A DNA stretch of 64,000 bases from an uncultured Myxococcales bacterium (lineage in GTDB: Bacteria; Myxococcota; Kuafuiibacteriia; Kuafuiibacteriales; Kuafuiibacteriaceae): the NCBI GenBank assembly GCA_964473255.1, contig CAYYOT010000003.1:50449-114448 (forward strand), read 5' to 3'. The position numbers were made by a program, and so were the translations under genes. The stretch's first letter is position 1. Every line of letters begins with the position of its first letter. This document shows positions 35,013 through 44,353 of this stretch, piece by piece. The notes beneath the pieces are model-generated. The model did not search any database. It worked only from the letters and a program-made list of their open reading frames with translations, and had not been told where the DNA came from.

Positions 35013-38000
35013 TCAGGGCGTGACTTGGGTCGTGCCCGGGTCGCCGGCATTGCTCTGACTGGAACCGCCCGAAACGTCCAAGGTGACGAGCGAGCGACCG
35101 ACGATGGACCCGGTCGCCCCGGCGTCGACCTCGATCCGTCCGCCGCCGCCGCCGCCGCCTGCGCCCGCGGCGTTTCCGCCTCGTCCGCCGCGGGCGCTGA
35201 GCCGCGCGCCGGCGGTGAAGGTGATGGTGCCGCCGTCGGTCACGACCTGCAGAACGCCGCCGCTGCCGCCGCCGCCGCCACCGGAGCCGACGGTTCCGTT
35301 GCCCCCGCGGCCGCCATCGACCAGGACCTCGCCGCCGATGGAGATGTCGCCTCCGCCGATGCTCCGAAGCACCAAGAGGCCGCCGCCTCCGCCCCCGCTA
35401 CCGCCGGCGCCGCGTCTGGGCAGGCACGCGTTCCCGCCGCCGCCGCCGGTGCCGGCTCCGAAGTCGCTGGAGCCCGGGGCATCGCCCCCGTCGCCGCCGT
35501 TGGCGCCGCCATCACCGCCGGCGCCCACCGAAGCACCGCCTCCTCCGCCGCCGCCGCAGGCATTCGGGATCTGGGGTGCGCCTTGGCCGGCCTCGGTGCC
35601 GCCTCCGTTGGCGCCGGGCGTACCCACCACCCCCGTACCGGCAGGAGCCGCGGCTCCGGAGGGTGCCCCCGAACCGCCGAGCGCGCCGGGCACGGCGTTG
35701 CCGTCGCCGCCTCCGCCTCCGCCTCCGCCTCCGGGGCCGCCTTCGCCGCCCCGAGGCTCATTGGCGATGCGTCCGTCGATGCCGCGAGCGTCGAGGATCC
35801 CGTCGATGACGATGTCCCCGGTAACCAGGAACACCAGAGGCTCGGTGGAGTTGCCGGCGGCGAGGGTCGCGCCAGCCTGGATGGTCAGCGAGCTAAGAAC
35901 GACGGTACCCGTCTCCCGCGCGTCGACGTCCGAGGGACGAATCACGAGGGCGGGCCCGACGTCGCGGGTCAAGACGATCGTCGCGGCGGCGCCGAGAGCG
36001 TTGCGCAACTGTACGGGAAAGAAACGGTTGGCCGGCGTGGTCCCGGGGACGGCCACGTCGAACTCGGCCCAGGAGCCGTCCGGAGCTTCCACGATGTTAT
36101 CGACGGTCCATCCTCTCGGCCCGGTACCCGATAGCCCCTGGAGGCCTCCGCCGAGAGCGCGAAGCCGGGTCGTTTCGCCGACGACGACGATGTCCGGCAC
36201 CAGCGAAGCGATCGATGGCGGTTCCCCGACCCGGAGGAAGAGCGTGTTCGAAAGGCCGGCCGGTGACCGGACCTGCACCTCGAGCACCGCGGGGGCGGCC
36301 ACGAGATCGGCGGGGAGCGTGAGTCGAATCTCGGTGGGCCGAATGCCGATGACCGCTTGGGCCTGGCCGTCGATCAGCAGCTCGTCGCCCGCCTGAAAGT
36401 CGAAGCCGATGACCGTGAGCAAAGGCGCGGGCGCGCCCACGTCGATCGCTTCCGGACTCAAGCGGGTCAGCGTCGGTATCCGCGTCGAGACGACGGTCAG
36501 ACCCTTGGTACCGACGATGTCGCCGAGTTCGGCGACCAGCTCGGTCTCGCCCTCGGAGAGGGCCCGGAGCAGACCATTGGTCACGGTCGCGACCGCCGGC
36601 TCCGAGGTGGAAACATCGAATCCCGGAGTATCGAACGGAATGACGCGGTCCGATCCATCGGACAGATCGGCGAAGACAAAGATGAACGCGGTGGCGCCTT
36701 CCGCTAGCTCATCGGGGGCATCGATGCGGATCCCGATGACGCTGGGCCCCACGACGGTAACCGGCAAGACAGCTTGCAGACCTTCGAAGAAGGCCTCGAC
36801 CCGCCCGCTTCCGTTGCGGAGCGCCGTCGCGAACGCTTGGCCGCCTTCCCGGCTGACCCACACTTCGCGCGAGCGCACGAGGAGGAGTCGTGGGTCGTTC
36901 GTCACGTCGGTCGTACCATCCGGAGATTGGAGCAGAACCCGGAAGGGAGCGCTCTCCACGGCTTCCAGGCGAAGGGAGTCGGGATCGAACTCCAGCCCGC
37001 CCGGGGGGTCCACCAACCGGGTTACGCGTACGTCGACCCGGTCTTCGAATCCGAGGAACGAAGCGCTGAGCACGCCCTCGCCTTCGCGCAGGCCGCTCAG
37101 GGTTCCCGGGGAGGGCAGGCCCAAGACGTCCGCAGGCTCCACCTCGAGGTTCAGGTCGGGTGATCCGGTGATCACTTGGCCGGTCCCGTCGGTGAAGATG
37201 GCCACCACCTGGAAGTTGGCCGTACGTCCAAGCCGGATCTCTCTCGGCGCGTTGATCACGATCCGATCGAGCTCCGGACGTTCATCGAGCACTTCGACGA
37301 GTGCACGAGCTTCGAGGTCGTCGACCTCCGCCACCAGCTCGGCCGCTCCGGCCGAGCGCCCGCGGATCAGCCCTGGCTCGACCTCGGCCACCGGGTCGGT
37401 GAGCCGGTAGCTGACGAGGGGGAAGAGGGTGATGTCGAACTCGAGGCCGGTGGGGAAGACGGCGATGAGAGTGAAAGGGGTCTGCTCGTCGACGGCCAGG
37501 ACGATCGGGTTTGGCTCGATGCGGAGCTCGACCTCGTCGATATCGTCGAAGACGACGAAGGGGACGTCGGTGCGGGCCCCGCGAAACGTGAAGCCAAAGT
37601 CGCCGAATCCCTCACGGATACCCGTCAGAGTTCGCCGCTCGGCGTCATAGCGAAGGACGTCGCCCGGGGGAGCCGTGAAGGCGGCTTCGGCGGTCACGTC
37701 GCGCAGCTCGCCGCTCTGAAAACGTGCCTGGACGAGAACCTCGGTCGACCCGCCGACCTCCAGGGCGACCGGGTTCGGCTCGACGACCAGCTCGAGGACC
37801 GGGGAGTCGCCGAAGACGGCGACGGAAGCCTCCGCGGTCCGCCCGCCGAAGGCCGCACGGACGACGTCGTCGCCTGCGCTTTGACCCACCACCAGGCCTT
37901 CCGCGCTGACGGTGACGGCCCCGCTCTCCGATGTGTAGGCGGTCTGGGGATCGGACGAGACGTCGGTCTGCAGGCCGTCATCGAAGACCGCCCGAACCTC

Positions 38001-38939
38001 GAGTTGTTGGCGGCCTCCGACCTCGAGCTCGAACTCGGCGGGTTCGATTCGGAGGTCGACCAGGCGCCGCTCGGGGTCGCCCACCACGACGTCGGCCGTC
38101 GCGGACAGGCCGCGAAAGTCGACGCGAAGCGTAGTTTCGCCGGCAGGGCTCACCGCTCGAACGATCCCTTCAGCGTCTACGGTGGCGATGGCTGGCCCGT
38201 CGGTCGAAAACGTCAGCTCGGACGCCGGAAGAACCACCTCGCCTTCACCGGCACCGATCACGGTGACCCGGCGCTGTGCGCCCGATTCCAGCTGCACTGG
38301 ATTCGGTTCGATGCGGATCGACGTGATGTCGTCCGGCAGGTCGACCACGGTCACCCGAACCTCGGCCGCAGCCCCCGCTTGGTTGACCGTCACCACCGCC
38401 GAACCGAGCGATCGTCCCTCGAGGAGGCCATCGGGCGAGATGTCGGCCACCCCGGTCGGGCTCACGCCGTAGCGCGTGCCCGAGGACTCGGGCGTGAGGT
38501 CGATGACCCGACCGTCGGACAGGCGCCCGAAGACCTCCAGCTGAACGCGGGCACCGACCGCGATCGTCACGTCGGCCGGCTCGACCGAAAGGCTCTCCAG
38601 CGTCGCATCGACCACCGTGATGCGGGTCTGACCTTGCGCCCCGTCGAGCCGGGCGAGCAGCTCCGTCGTTCCCGGTCCGACGGAGACCACCGAAGTCCCG
38701 ATCAGCGTAGCGACGCCGTCGTTGGTCACCGCGAGCTGGAGGCCGGGATCGTCGGTCACGACCTCGATCCCTTCGGCGGTCACGCGCTCCACATCGAACA
38801 CGTACGTTTGGCCGACGAAGAGCGGCTCGCTGTCGGGGACGATCCGCAGGACGACTCGGTCGTCGGGGGCGCCGCCGCTCAGCGCATCCCGCCCACACCC
38901 AGCCAACACGAGCAGGAGAAAAAGAAGGAGCCGCCTCAT
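35013..38939 (-). CDS. Giant lipoprotein (about 1308 aa): multiple Big_2/Ig-like domains plus a roughly 280-aa poly-Gly, Gly/Ala/Asp-rich C-terminal tail
   Basis: ORF 35013..39032 trimmed to Met32, MRRLLLFLLLVLAGC (lipobox). There are at least ten Ig-like segments of about 90 aa with recurring motifs (..VTV.D...L.S......I..G....L.V......G....D.T). The C-terminus is PGGGGGGGGGDGNAVPGALGGSGAPS...GGSGGGGGGLLVL...GGGGGGSGGVLQV...GGGGGGGRIEVD. The competing plus-strand ORFs 35025..36134 and 35083..36396 are Ala/Pro homopolymer artefacts from the same GCC/GGC repeats. Confidence 0.75.
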   Translation of the reverse strand: MRRLLLFLLLVLAGCGRDALSGGAPDDRVVLRIVPDSEPLFVGQTYVFDVERVTAEGIEVVTDDPGLQLAVTNDGVATLIGTSVVSVGPGTTELLARLDGAQGQTRITVVDATLESLSVEPADVTIAVGARVQLEVFGRLSDGRVIDLTPESSGTRYGVSPTGVADISPDGLLEGRSLGSAVVTVNQAGAAAEVRVTVVDLPDDITSIRIEPNPVQLESGAQRRVTVIGAGEGEVVLPASELTFSTDGPAIATVDAEGIVRAVSPAGETTLRVDFRGLSATADVVVGDPERRLVDLRIEPAEFELEVGGRQQLEVRAVFDDGLQTDVSSDPQTAYTSESGAVTVSAEGLVVGQSAGDDVVRAAFGGRTAEASVAVFGDSPVLELVVEPNPVALEVGGSTEVLVQARFQSGELRDVTAEAAFTAPPGDVLRYDAERRTLTGIREGFGDFGFTFRGARTDVPFVVFDDIDEVELRIEPNPIVLAVDEQTPFTLIAVFPTGLEFDITLFPLVSYRLTDPVAEVEPGLIRGRSAGAAELVAEVDDLEARALVEVLDERPELDRIVINAPREIRLGRTANFQVVAIFTDGTGQVITGSPDLNLEVEPADVLGLPSPGTLSGLREGEGVLSASFLGFEDRVDVRVTRLVDPPGGLEFDPDSLRLEAVESAPFRVLLQSPDGTTDVTNDPRLLLVRSREVWVSREGGQAFATALRNGSGRVEAFFEGLQAVLPVTVVGPSVIGIRIDAPDELAEGATAFIFVFADLSDGSDRVIPFDTPGFDVSTSEPAVATVTNGLLRALSEGETELVAELGDIVGTKGLTVVSTRIPTLTRLSPEAIDVGAPAPLLTVIGFDFQAGDELLIDGQAQAVIGIRPTEIRLTLPADLVAAPAVLEVQVRSPAGLSNTLFLRVGEPPSIASLVPDIVVVGETTRLRALGGGLQGLSGTGPRGWTVDNIVEAPDGSWAEFDVAVPGTTPANRFFPVQLRNALGAAATIVLTRDVGPALVIRPSDVDARETGTVVLSSLTIQAGATLAAGNSTEPLVFLVTGDIVIDGILDARGIDGRIANEPRGGEGGPGGGGGGGGGDGNAVPGALGGSGAPSGAAAPAGTGVVGTPGANGGGTEAGQGAPQIPNACGGGGGGGASVGAGGDGGANGGDGGDAPGSSDFGAGTGGGGGNACLPRRGAGGSGGGGGGLLVLRSIGGGDISIGGEVLVDGGRGGNGTVGSGGGGGGSGGVLQVVTDGGTITFTAGARLSARGGRGGNAAGAGGGGGGGRIEVDAGATGSIVGRSLVTLDVSGGSSQSNAGDPGTTQVTP
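35040..35800. repeat. GC-rich triplet low-complexity region (GCC/GGC/GCG runs) containing a perfect (GCCTCC)x4 hexanucleotide microsatellite at about 35709..35732
   Basis: Runs such as gccgccgccgccgcc, ccgccgccgccggtgcc and gcctccgcctccgcctccgcctcc encode the poly-Gly tail of the 35013..38939 protein on the minus strand. The microsatellite is in frame, giving nine consecutive Gly. Confidence 0.6.
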
Positions 38940-39055
38940 GCGATGAGTATACCGGGGATCGCCGAGCGTCGGCATTAATGGGTCGAAACACTCAGCTTGC
39001 TCGGGCCTGCCGCTCGGTTGTATCCGCTCCACACCTGGGCTGACCCCAACGCACC

Positions 39056-41029
39056 ATGGAAGCGATCACCGCCACGAGCCCGTCAACGACCCTTCCACCC
39101 CGGGAATCCGACCGGGCAGCCGCCTGGTGGCGCTGGCTCGAATCGCAGGTTTCTAGCGATCGTACGGCCACTTTGACGGTGTTCGCGCTGGCCGCGCTCG
39201 TGTTTATGCCGCGGCTGGGTTCGGTGGGATTATGGGATCCTTGGGAGACGCACTACGCCGAAGTCGCACGTGAGATGCTCGTCCGCCGCGATTTCGTACA
39301 TCCGCACTGGGAGAGCGCGTATTTTTTCAGCAAGCCCGCTTTCCCCCTCTGGCTGATGGCCTTGGGCATGGCCTTCTTCGGGGCCGAGCCCTACGAGGGG
39401 GAAGGCCCCCTCGGATCCTGGGTCGAGTGGGGCGTTCGGCTACCGAATGCGCTTATCGCGATCTTTACCGTCTGGGCCGTATATCGGATGGGTCGACGGG
39501 TCGCGGGCCGCATAACCGGACTGGTCTGCGCGCTGGTGGTGGCCACCTGCCCGCAGTTCATCTTCATCGGCAAGCAAGCGATGGCCGACATGCCGTTCGT
39601 CGGGTTGATGACGATCGGACTGGCATTCTTCATCGACGCCGTCTTCGGCTCCACCGAGGAGAACGAGGCGCCGGCCGGACCCGGTCTCCGCTATGGGAGT
39701 GCGCTCGGGCTCCTGTCGGCCGTCGGAATCCAAGTGCTGTTCATCGGCATGCAGAGTACGTCGACCCTCGGCTGGGTGGGCCTCGCCGCCGCGCTGTTCG
39801 GCGCCGGAGCCGTGGCGATGCTCGTCGTTCAACGAGGCCGAGTGAGAGAGTCCCGTCTGGTCCTCTTCTACGTCCTGGTGGGGCTGGCCGCCCTTTCGAA
39901 GGGGCTGGCTCCTTTGGCGGTGGTCGGACCGACCGTGCTGCTGTACATGCTGTTCGCTCGAGACTGGAGTCTCCTCGCTCGCTCCGGAGTCCTTTGGGGG
40001 GGGCCGCTCTTTCTCCTCGTCGCTTCCCCGTGGTACGTCGCCATGAGTCTCTTCCCCGGACGCGACGACGAGGGTCTGACTTTCGTCCAGCGCTTTTGGC
40101 TCCACGACAATCTGAACCGCGTCGGGTCCGGCGTGCACGGCGATCGGGGAGGCGTGGGCTATTACTTCGAGCAGCTCGTCTACGGGATGTTTCCGTGGTT
40201 TGCGCTGGTCCCCTCCGCCATCCTGTTCGCGGTTAGCGGTGAGCCGTCGGGCAAGCTGGACGGGAAGCGCAAGACCCTCCTTTTTGTCACCCTGTGGGCT
40301 CTCTGGAGCTACGTCTTCTTTTCCGCCTCCCAGACGAAGTTCCACCACTACATCTTTCCGGCGGTCCCGGCCCTCGCCGTGCTCGTTGGGTCTTGGTTTT
40401 CGTACGTCGCCCGGGATCCCGGTCGGCGATTCGGGGCGTTCGTGTTCGTTCCCGTTGCCGCGCTTCTCGCGGCAGGGGCGGCGGACCTCATCAACCGTCC
40501 CCAGCTGCTCGTGAACTTGTTCACCTACAAATACGACCGCCAGTACCCACTCGGCCTTCATGCGCAGACCTTCCTGATTTCGTTCGTGGCCGTCAGCGGC
40601 GCGCTGATGGTCTTGGCGTATCTGCTTCGCCGGCGAGGCGACATGCAGCTCGCTTTCCTCGGCTTGGCGGTGGCGACGGGGCTTTGGGTCTCGCACCACC
40701 ACTTCAACATGCTGTCGCCCCACTGGAGCCAGTACCACCTGTGGAAGACGTACTACGCCGAGCGTCGGGGCCACGAACCGATCTATGCCTACCAGCTCAA
40801 CTGGAGAGGCGAGGCCTTCTACAGTCGAAATCGCGTCCTTCAGGTGATGCGCAACAACGCGAATCAGCGGATCCGAGAGCTCGTCGAGCAGCCGGGCCGG
40901 GAATTCATCATCACCGAGCAGGGGCGCTACGCGGCGCTGCGGTCCGCACTGCCGGCCAATATGCGGACAAAGCTGAAGATCCTGGACCAGTCGAACAACC
41001 ACTTTTATCTGATGGTCGTAGAAGAATGA
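39056..41029 (+). CDS. GT39/PMT_2-family membrane glycosyltransferase (ArnT or dolichyl-phosphate-mannose protein mannosyltransferase-like, GT-C fold)
   Basis: It is a polytopic protein of about 12 TM helices. The first periplasmic loop is conserved (LWDPWETHYAEVAREML...HWESAYFFSKPAFPLWLMALG) and fits DxD/DE-loop GT-C enzymes that use undecaprenyl-phosphate sugars. Confidence 0.75.
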   Translation: MEAITATSPSTTLPPRESDRAAAWWRWLESQVSSDRTATLTVFALAALVFMPRLGSVGLWDPWETHYAEVAREMLVRRDFVHPHWESAYFFSKPAFPLWLMALGMAFFGAEPYEGEGPLGSWVEWGVRLPNALIAIFTVWAVYRMGRRVAGRITGLVCALVVATCPQFIFIGKQAMADMPFVGLMTIGLAFFIDAVFGSTEENEAPAGPGLRYGSALGLLSAVGIQVLFIGMQSTSTLGWVGLAAALFGAGAVAMLVVQRGRVRESRLVLFYVLVGLAALSKGLAPLAVVGPTVLLYMLFARDWSLLARSGVLWGGPLFLLVASPWYVAMSLFPGRDDEGLTFVQRFWLHDNLNRVGSGVHGDRGGVGYYFEQLVYGMFPWFALVPSAILFAVSGEPSGKLDGKRKTLLFVTLWALWSYVFFSASQTKFHHYIFPAVPALAVLVGSWFSYVARDPGRRFGAFVFVPVAALLAAGAADLINRPQLLVNLFTYKYDRQYPLGLHAQTFLISFVAVSGALMVLAYLLRRRGDMQLAFLGLAVATGLWVSHHHFNMLSPHWSQYHLWKTYYAERRGHEPIYAYQLNWRGEAFYSRNRVLQVMRNNANQRIRELVEQPGREFIITEQGRYAALRSALPANMRTKLKILDQSNNHFYLMVVEE

Positions 41030-42561
41030 GTTCCGAGGCCCGCCGCCTGCTGATCTTGTCCGACCTGCACCTCGGGCGAGACTGCAAGGCCATCACGGGT
41101 TTCGAGAGCATGAGCCGGCCGGACCCGAGCTTCGACCAGGCCTTCGTCGATCTCCTGGGGCACTATACGTCGGGCCGTGAGTCCGAGTGGCGCCTGATCT
41201 TGGCGGGTGACTTCATCGACTTCGTCGAGGTGGTGGTGGTGCCCGATGAAGGAGGACCCGGTAACCTCCTCTTGACCTTCGACATATCAAAGGAAGAGCG
41301 GGCCTACGGACTAGGAAGCGAAGCCGAACGAGCGGTGGTCAAACTCGAGATGACGCTGAACTACCACCGCCGGTTCTTCGTGGCGCTGGCGGACTTCATC
41401 CGCGCGGGGGGCGAGGTGGTCTTTCTTCGAGGAAATCACGACGTGGAAATGCACTGGCGGAAGGTGCAGCGCGTCTTCCGCCGACGCCTCGGCGAGCTGG
41501 CCTATCGGAACCGCACGGACGGGCTCGATCTCGACCAGCTGCTCGAGCAGCGCTCCGCGTTTCAGCAGAGGATCGAGTTTGCGCCGTGGTGCTACCTCGA
41601 GCCCGGTCGCATCTATGTGGAACACGGCCACCAATACGACACGTACTGTTCCTTCGACCATCAACTGTACCCGGTGAGTCCATCCAACCCGCGGCGCATC
41701 GACACGCCGCTCTTCGTTTTCGCCATGCGGTACTTCGTCAACATGATGACGGACTTTTCGCCGCACTCGATCCAGGGCTGGACGTTCCGCAACTACTACG
41801 AATGGCTTCGGGCCAAAGGGCCCGCCGGCGCTCTGTACACCATGCGCATGGCGGGCGGCGCGGTGGGGCGAGCAGTGTGGTACGCGGTCCAGTTCACCAT
41901 CGGGCGGGTCGGGCGATACAGCCAGGAACACGCCAAGCGTCTCGCGGACGAAGCCGTACGCTTCGACGTGTCCGCCGAGCGGCTTCGGGCCGTCGATGCC
42001 TTGCGCGTCACGCCGATCACCCGGAATCTTCCGGAGCTCCTTCGGCTCCTCTTCCTCGACCGGGTCCTACTCGTGCTCGTGTCGCTCGTTCTCGTGTTCG
42101 TGGTTTTGGTGGTTTTCGACCGCGTTTGGACGCAGCTCGCCGGTGTCGCGCTCGTCGGCCTGGCCGCTTATCGCTTCAACCAGCGTTTAGCTCCTAGGCG
42201 CTTCTTGGTGCCGGGACCGAAGCAGGCGCAGGCCGCGGTCGACATCGCGCGGGGGCTGGATGTGCCGGTGGTGGTCATGGGGCACAGCCACGTCCGGCGG
42301 ATGGCCGATCTCGGCGATGGTCGGCAGTACGTCAATACTGGTTGCTGGCTGCCGCCCGCCCCGGGGCGCGAGCATCTCGATCCCAGCGCGCCCTGCACCT
42401 GCAAGCTGTCGCACCTGGTCATGGAGGAGACGACGCCCGAGCTTCGAGTGTTCTGCCGGGCGGCCAAGACCGTGCGAGTGGCTACGGTTCCCCGCACCGC
42501 TTCACCCCAAGAAGGCCCCGAGCCTCCGGGCCTCGACTCGACGGTCACTCTGGCCCCATGA
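41026..42561 (+). CDS. Calcineurin-like metallophosphoesterase with internal TM segment(s)
   Basis: ORF 40294..42561 trimmed to Met245, whose ATG overlaps the GT39 stop (ATGA). Phosphoesterase motifs are present: ILSDLHLG, LAGDFIDF, GNHD, VEHGHQYD and MGHSHV. A hydrophobic stretch LLRLLFLDRVLLVLVSLVLVFVVLVVF splits the catalytic fold. Confidence 0.75.
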   Translation: MSSEARRLLILSDLHLGRDCKAITGFESMSRPDPSFDQAFVDLLGHYTSGRESEWRLILAGDFIDFVEVVVVPDEGGPGNLLLTFDISKEERAYGLGSEAERAVVKLEMTLNYHRRFFVALADFIRAGGEVVFLRGNHDVEMHWRKVQRVFRRRLGELAYRNRTDGLDLDQLLEQRSAFQQRIEFAPWCYLEPGRIYVEHGHQYDTYCSFDHQLYPVSPSNPRRIDTPLFVFAMRYFVNMMTDFSPHSIQGWTFRNYYEWLRAKGPAGALYTMRMAGGAVGRAVWYAVQFTIGRVGRYSQEHAKRLADEAVRFDVSAERLRAVDALRVTPITRNLPELLRLLFLDRVLLVLVSLVLVFVVLVVFDRVWTQLAGVALVGLAAYRFNQRLAPRRFLVPGPKQAQAAVDIARGLDVPVVVMGHSHVRRMADLGDGRQYVNTGCWLPPAPGREHLDPSAPCTCKLSHLVMEETTPELRVFCRAAKTVRVATVPRTASPQEGPEPPGLDSTVTLAP

Positions 42562-43580
42562 CGAAAACCGACGATACCCCCGCTTCGACCGTGGTCGGTT
42601 GGGGCGAGGACGCGATCATTCGTCTTTTCGCCGATGGGGGTCCTCCGCCGGGTCCCGAGGTCGTCGTGGCTAACGGCGACGATGCCGCGGTCTACCGTGC
42701 GTCGGCGCCGCAGGTGGTCACGACCGATGTCCTGGTCGAGGGCGTCCATTTCGATCTCGCCTACACGCCGTGGTCTTCGGTCGGAGGCAAGCTCGTGGCG
42801 GTCAATCTGTCGGACCTCGCCGCCATGGGCGCAGTGCCGCGCTACGCTGTGCTGTCCTGCGTGCTGGCCGAAGGTCTACGGCGCGACGACGCACGCGCTC
42901 TGGCCGAAGGCATTCACAGTGCTTGCGATGCCTACGGCGTGTCGATCCTCGGCGGAAACGTGAGCCGAACGCCGGAACGAACGGTGCTCACGGCGACGAT
43001 GATCGGCGAGGCCGAGGGCGCTCGGCCGCTGACCCGCCGCGGGGCTCGTCCGGGCGACGATCTCTGGGTCACCGGCGACCTCGGTGGTCCGCGGGCGGCG
43101 CTCGCCTTCCTCTCGTGCTCCGAGTTCGCTTCCGTGCCCGGCCCTCTCTTGCGTCGACTGTTCGAACCAGCCCCGAGGTGCGTCTTCGGTCGTCAGCTCG
43201 CAGTCCGGGGTTTGGCGCGGTCGATGTGCGACGTGTCGGACGGCCTTGCGCAAGACCTCAACCATCTGCTGGCTGTCGATGCGCTCGGCTGTCGTCTGCA
43301 GGCATCCAGCCTGCCGCTGGCGCCCGGGGTGGAAGAGGTCGCCCGACGGGTGGGGGCCGACCCGTGGACCTGGACCCTCGAGGGCGGCGAGGAATACGAG
43401 CTCTTGTTCGCCGCGGAGCCGGGGGTTCGTGAGGCGGTCTCTGCCCTGGGGCGGGACCTCGGTCTCGACGTGCACCGGATCGGCGAGGTCGAAAGGGCTG
43501 GCCCTCGTCGGCTGATTCTGATGGATGGGTCCGAACGACCGATCGGCGGTGGTTTCGACCACTTCGGGGGAATTGACTAG
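42558..43580 (+). CDS. thiL: Thiamine-monophosphate kinase
   Basis: ORF 42342..43580 trimmed to Met73, which overlaps the previous stop. The AIRS-like fold includes NGDDAAV, VTTDVLVEGVHFDL, GGKLVAVNLSDLAAMGA, GGNVSRT and GDDLWVTGDLG, all characteristic of ThiL. Confidence 0.85.
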   Translation: MTKTDDTPASTVVGWGEDAIIRLFADGGPPPGPEVVVANGDDAAVYRASAPQVVTTDVLVEGVHFDLAYTPWSSVGGKLVAVNLSDLAAMGAVPRYAVLSCVLAEGLRRDDARALAEGIHSACDAYGVSILGGNVSRTPERTVLTATMIGEAEGARPLTRRGARPGDDLWVTGDLGGPRAALAFLSCSEFASVPGPLLRRLFEPAPRCVFGRQLAVRGLARSMCDVSDGLAQDLNHLLAVDALGCRLQASSLPLAPGVEEVARRVGADPWTWTLEGGEEYELLFAAEPGVREAVSALGRDLGLDVHRIGEVERAGPRRLILMDGSERPIGGGFDHFGGID

Positions 43581-43582
43581 CG

Positions 43583-44353
43583 GTGCAGCGCGACGAGATC
43601 CGACAGCTTCTTCAGCGGCTCAAAGACGGCAGCGTCACGGTCGAGGATGCGGAGGTGCAGCTGAAGGACCTGCCCTTCGAAGCGATCGACTTCGCGCGCA
43701 TCGACCATCACCGGGAGCTTCGAACCGGCGCACCGGAGGTCATCTATGCTCCCGGTAAGACCGATGCGCAGCTCGCGGAACTCCTGGGCCGCATGGCGGA
43801 GCGCGGCGGCCTCGTGATCGCCACCCGAGTCGATGCGTCCCGAGTCGACGCCGTGCGAAGGCAGTTGGCCGAGGACGTCGCCGGGGAACTCGTCTACGAA
43901 GCGGTGCCGAGCCTCCTTCACTTGGGCTCGCCTCGTCCCGATGGCGGTCGGGGGGTGGTGGCCGTGGTCTCCGCCGGGACGTCCGACATTCCGGTGGCCG
44001 AGGAAGCGGCGCGGACGCTGGAGCTCTTGGGCAATCGGGTCGACCGCGTATGGGACGTCGGCGTGGCCGGTCTTCAGCGAGTCCTCTCGGTGCGTGATCG
44101 CATCGCGCAGGCCGAGGTCGCCGTCGTGGCGGCGGGGATGGAAGGCGCCCTCTTTTCCGTCTTGAAGGGTCTCGTGCCCTGTCCCGTCATCGCGGTTCCG
44201 ACCCGGATCGGCGGCGGATTCGACGGTCTGGCCGCGCTTCTGTCCGCCCTGCACGGCTGCGCGCCGGGGGTGACCGCCGTCGGTGTGGACAACGGATTCG
44301 GCGCTGGATACGCCGCCCACCTCTTCAATCGTCGTCGGGAGCGGCGGGAGTGA
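43583..44353 (+). CDS. larB: LarB-like PurE-fold protein (nickel-pincer nucleotide cofactor biosynthesis carboxylase/hydrolase)
   Basis: The GTG start lies 2 nt after the thiL stop. The C-terminal half is PurE-like (VVAVVSAGTSDIPVAEEAARTLELLGNRV...VAVVAAGMEGALFSVLKGLVPCPVIAVPT), and there is a roughly 110-aa N-terminal extension typical of LarB. It lies immediately upstream of, and overlaps, a LarC/DUF111 gene. Confidence 0.7.
   Translation: MQRDEIRQLLQRLKDGSVTVEDAEVQLKDLPFEAIDFARIDHHRELRTGAPEVIYAPGKTDAQLAELLGRMAERGGLVIATRVDASRVDAVRRQLAEDVAGELVYEAVPSLLHLGSPRPDGGRGVVAVVSAGTSDIPVAEEAARTLELLGNRVDRVWDVGVAGLQRVLSVRDRIAQAEVAVVAAGMEGALFSVLKGLVPCPVIAVPTRIGGGFDGLAALLSALHGCAPGVTAVGVDNGFGAGYAAHLFNRRRERRE

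Noticed and set aside
35040-35800. Possible CRISPR-like repeat array, suggested by recurring short GC-rich repeats
   Set aside because: The repeats are 3-6-nt microsatellite units inside a coding Gly-rich tail. They do not have the 25-40-nt direct repeats with unique spacers of a CRISPR array, and no cas genes are nearby.
35025-36396. Plus-strand ORFs (369 and 437 aa) encoding poly-Ala/Pro stretches
   Set aside because: They are the antisense reading of the GCC/GGC repeats that encode the poly-Gly tail of the minus-strand giant lipoprotein, so they are homopolymeric artefacts.
39440-41002. 520-aa minus-strand ORF antisense to the GT39 glycosyltransferase
   Set aside because: It is Arg/Glu/Asp/His-rich with no hydrophobic segments or motifs. 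The plus-strand frame encodes a coherent 12-TM GT-C protein.
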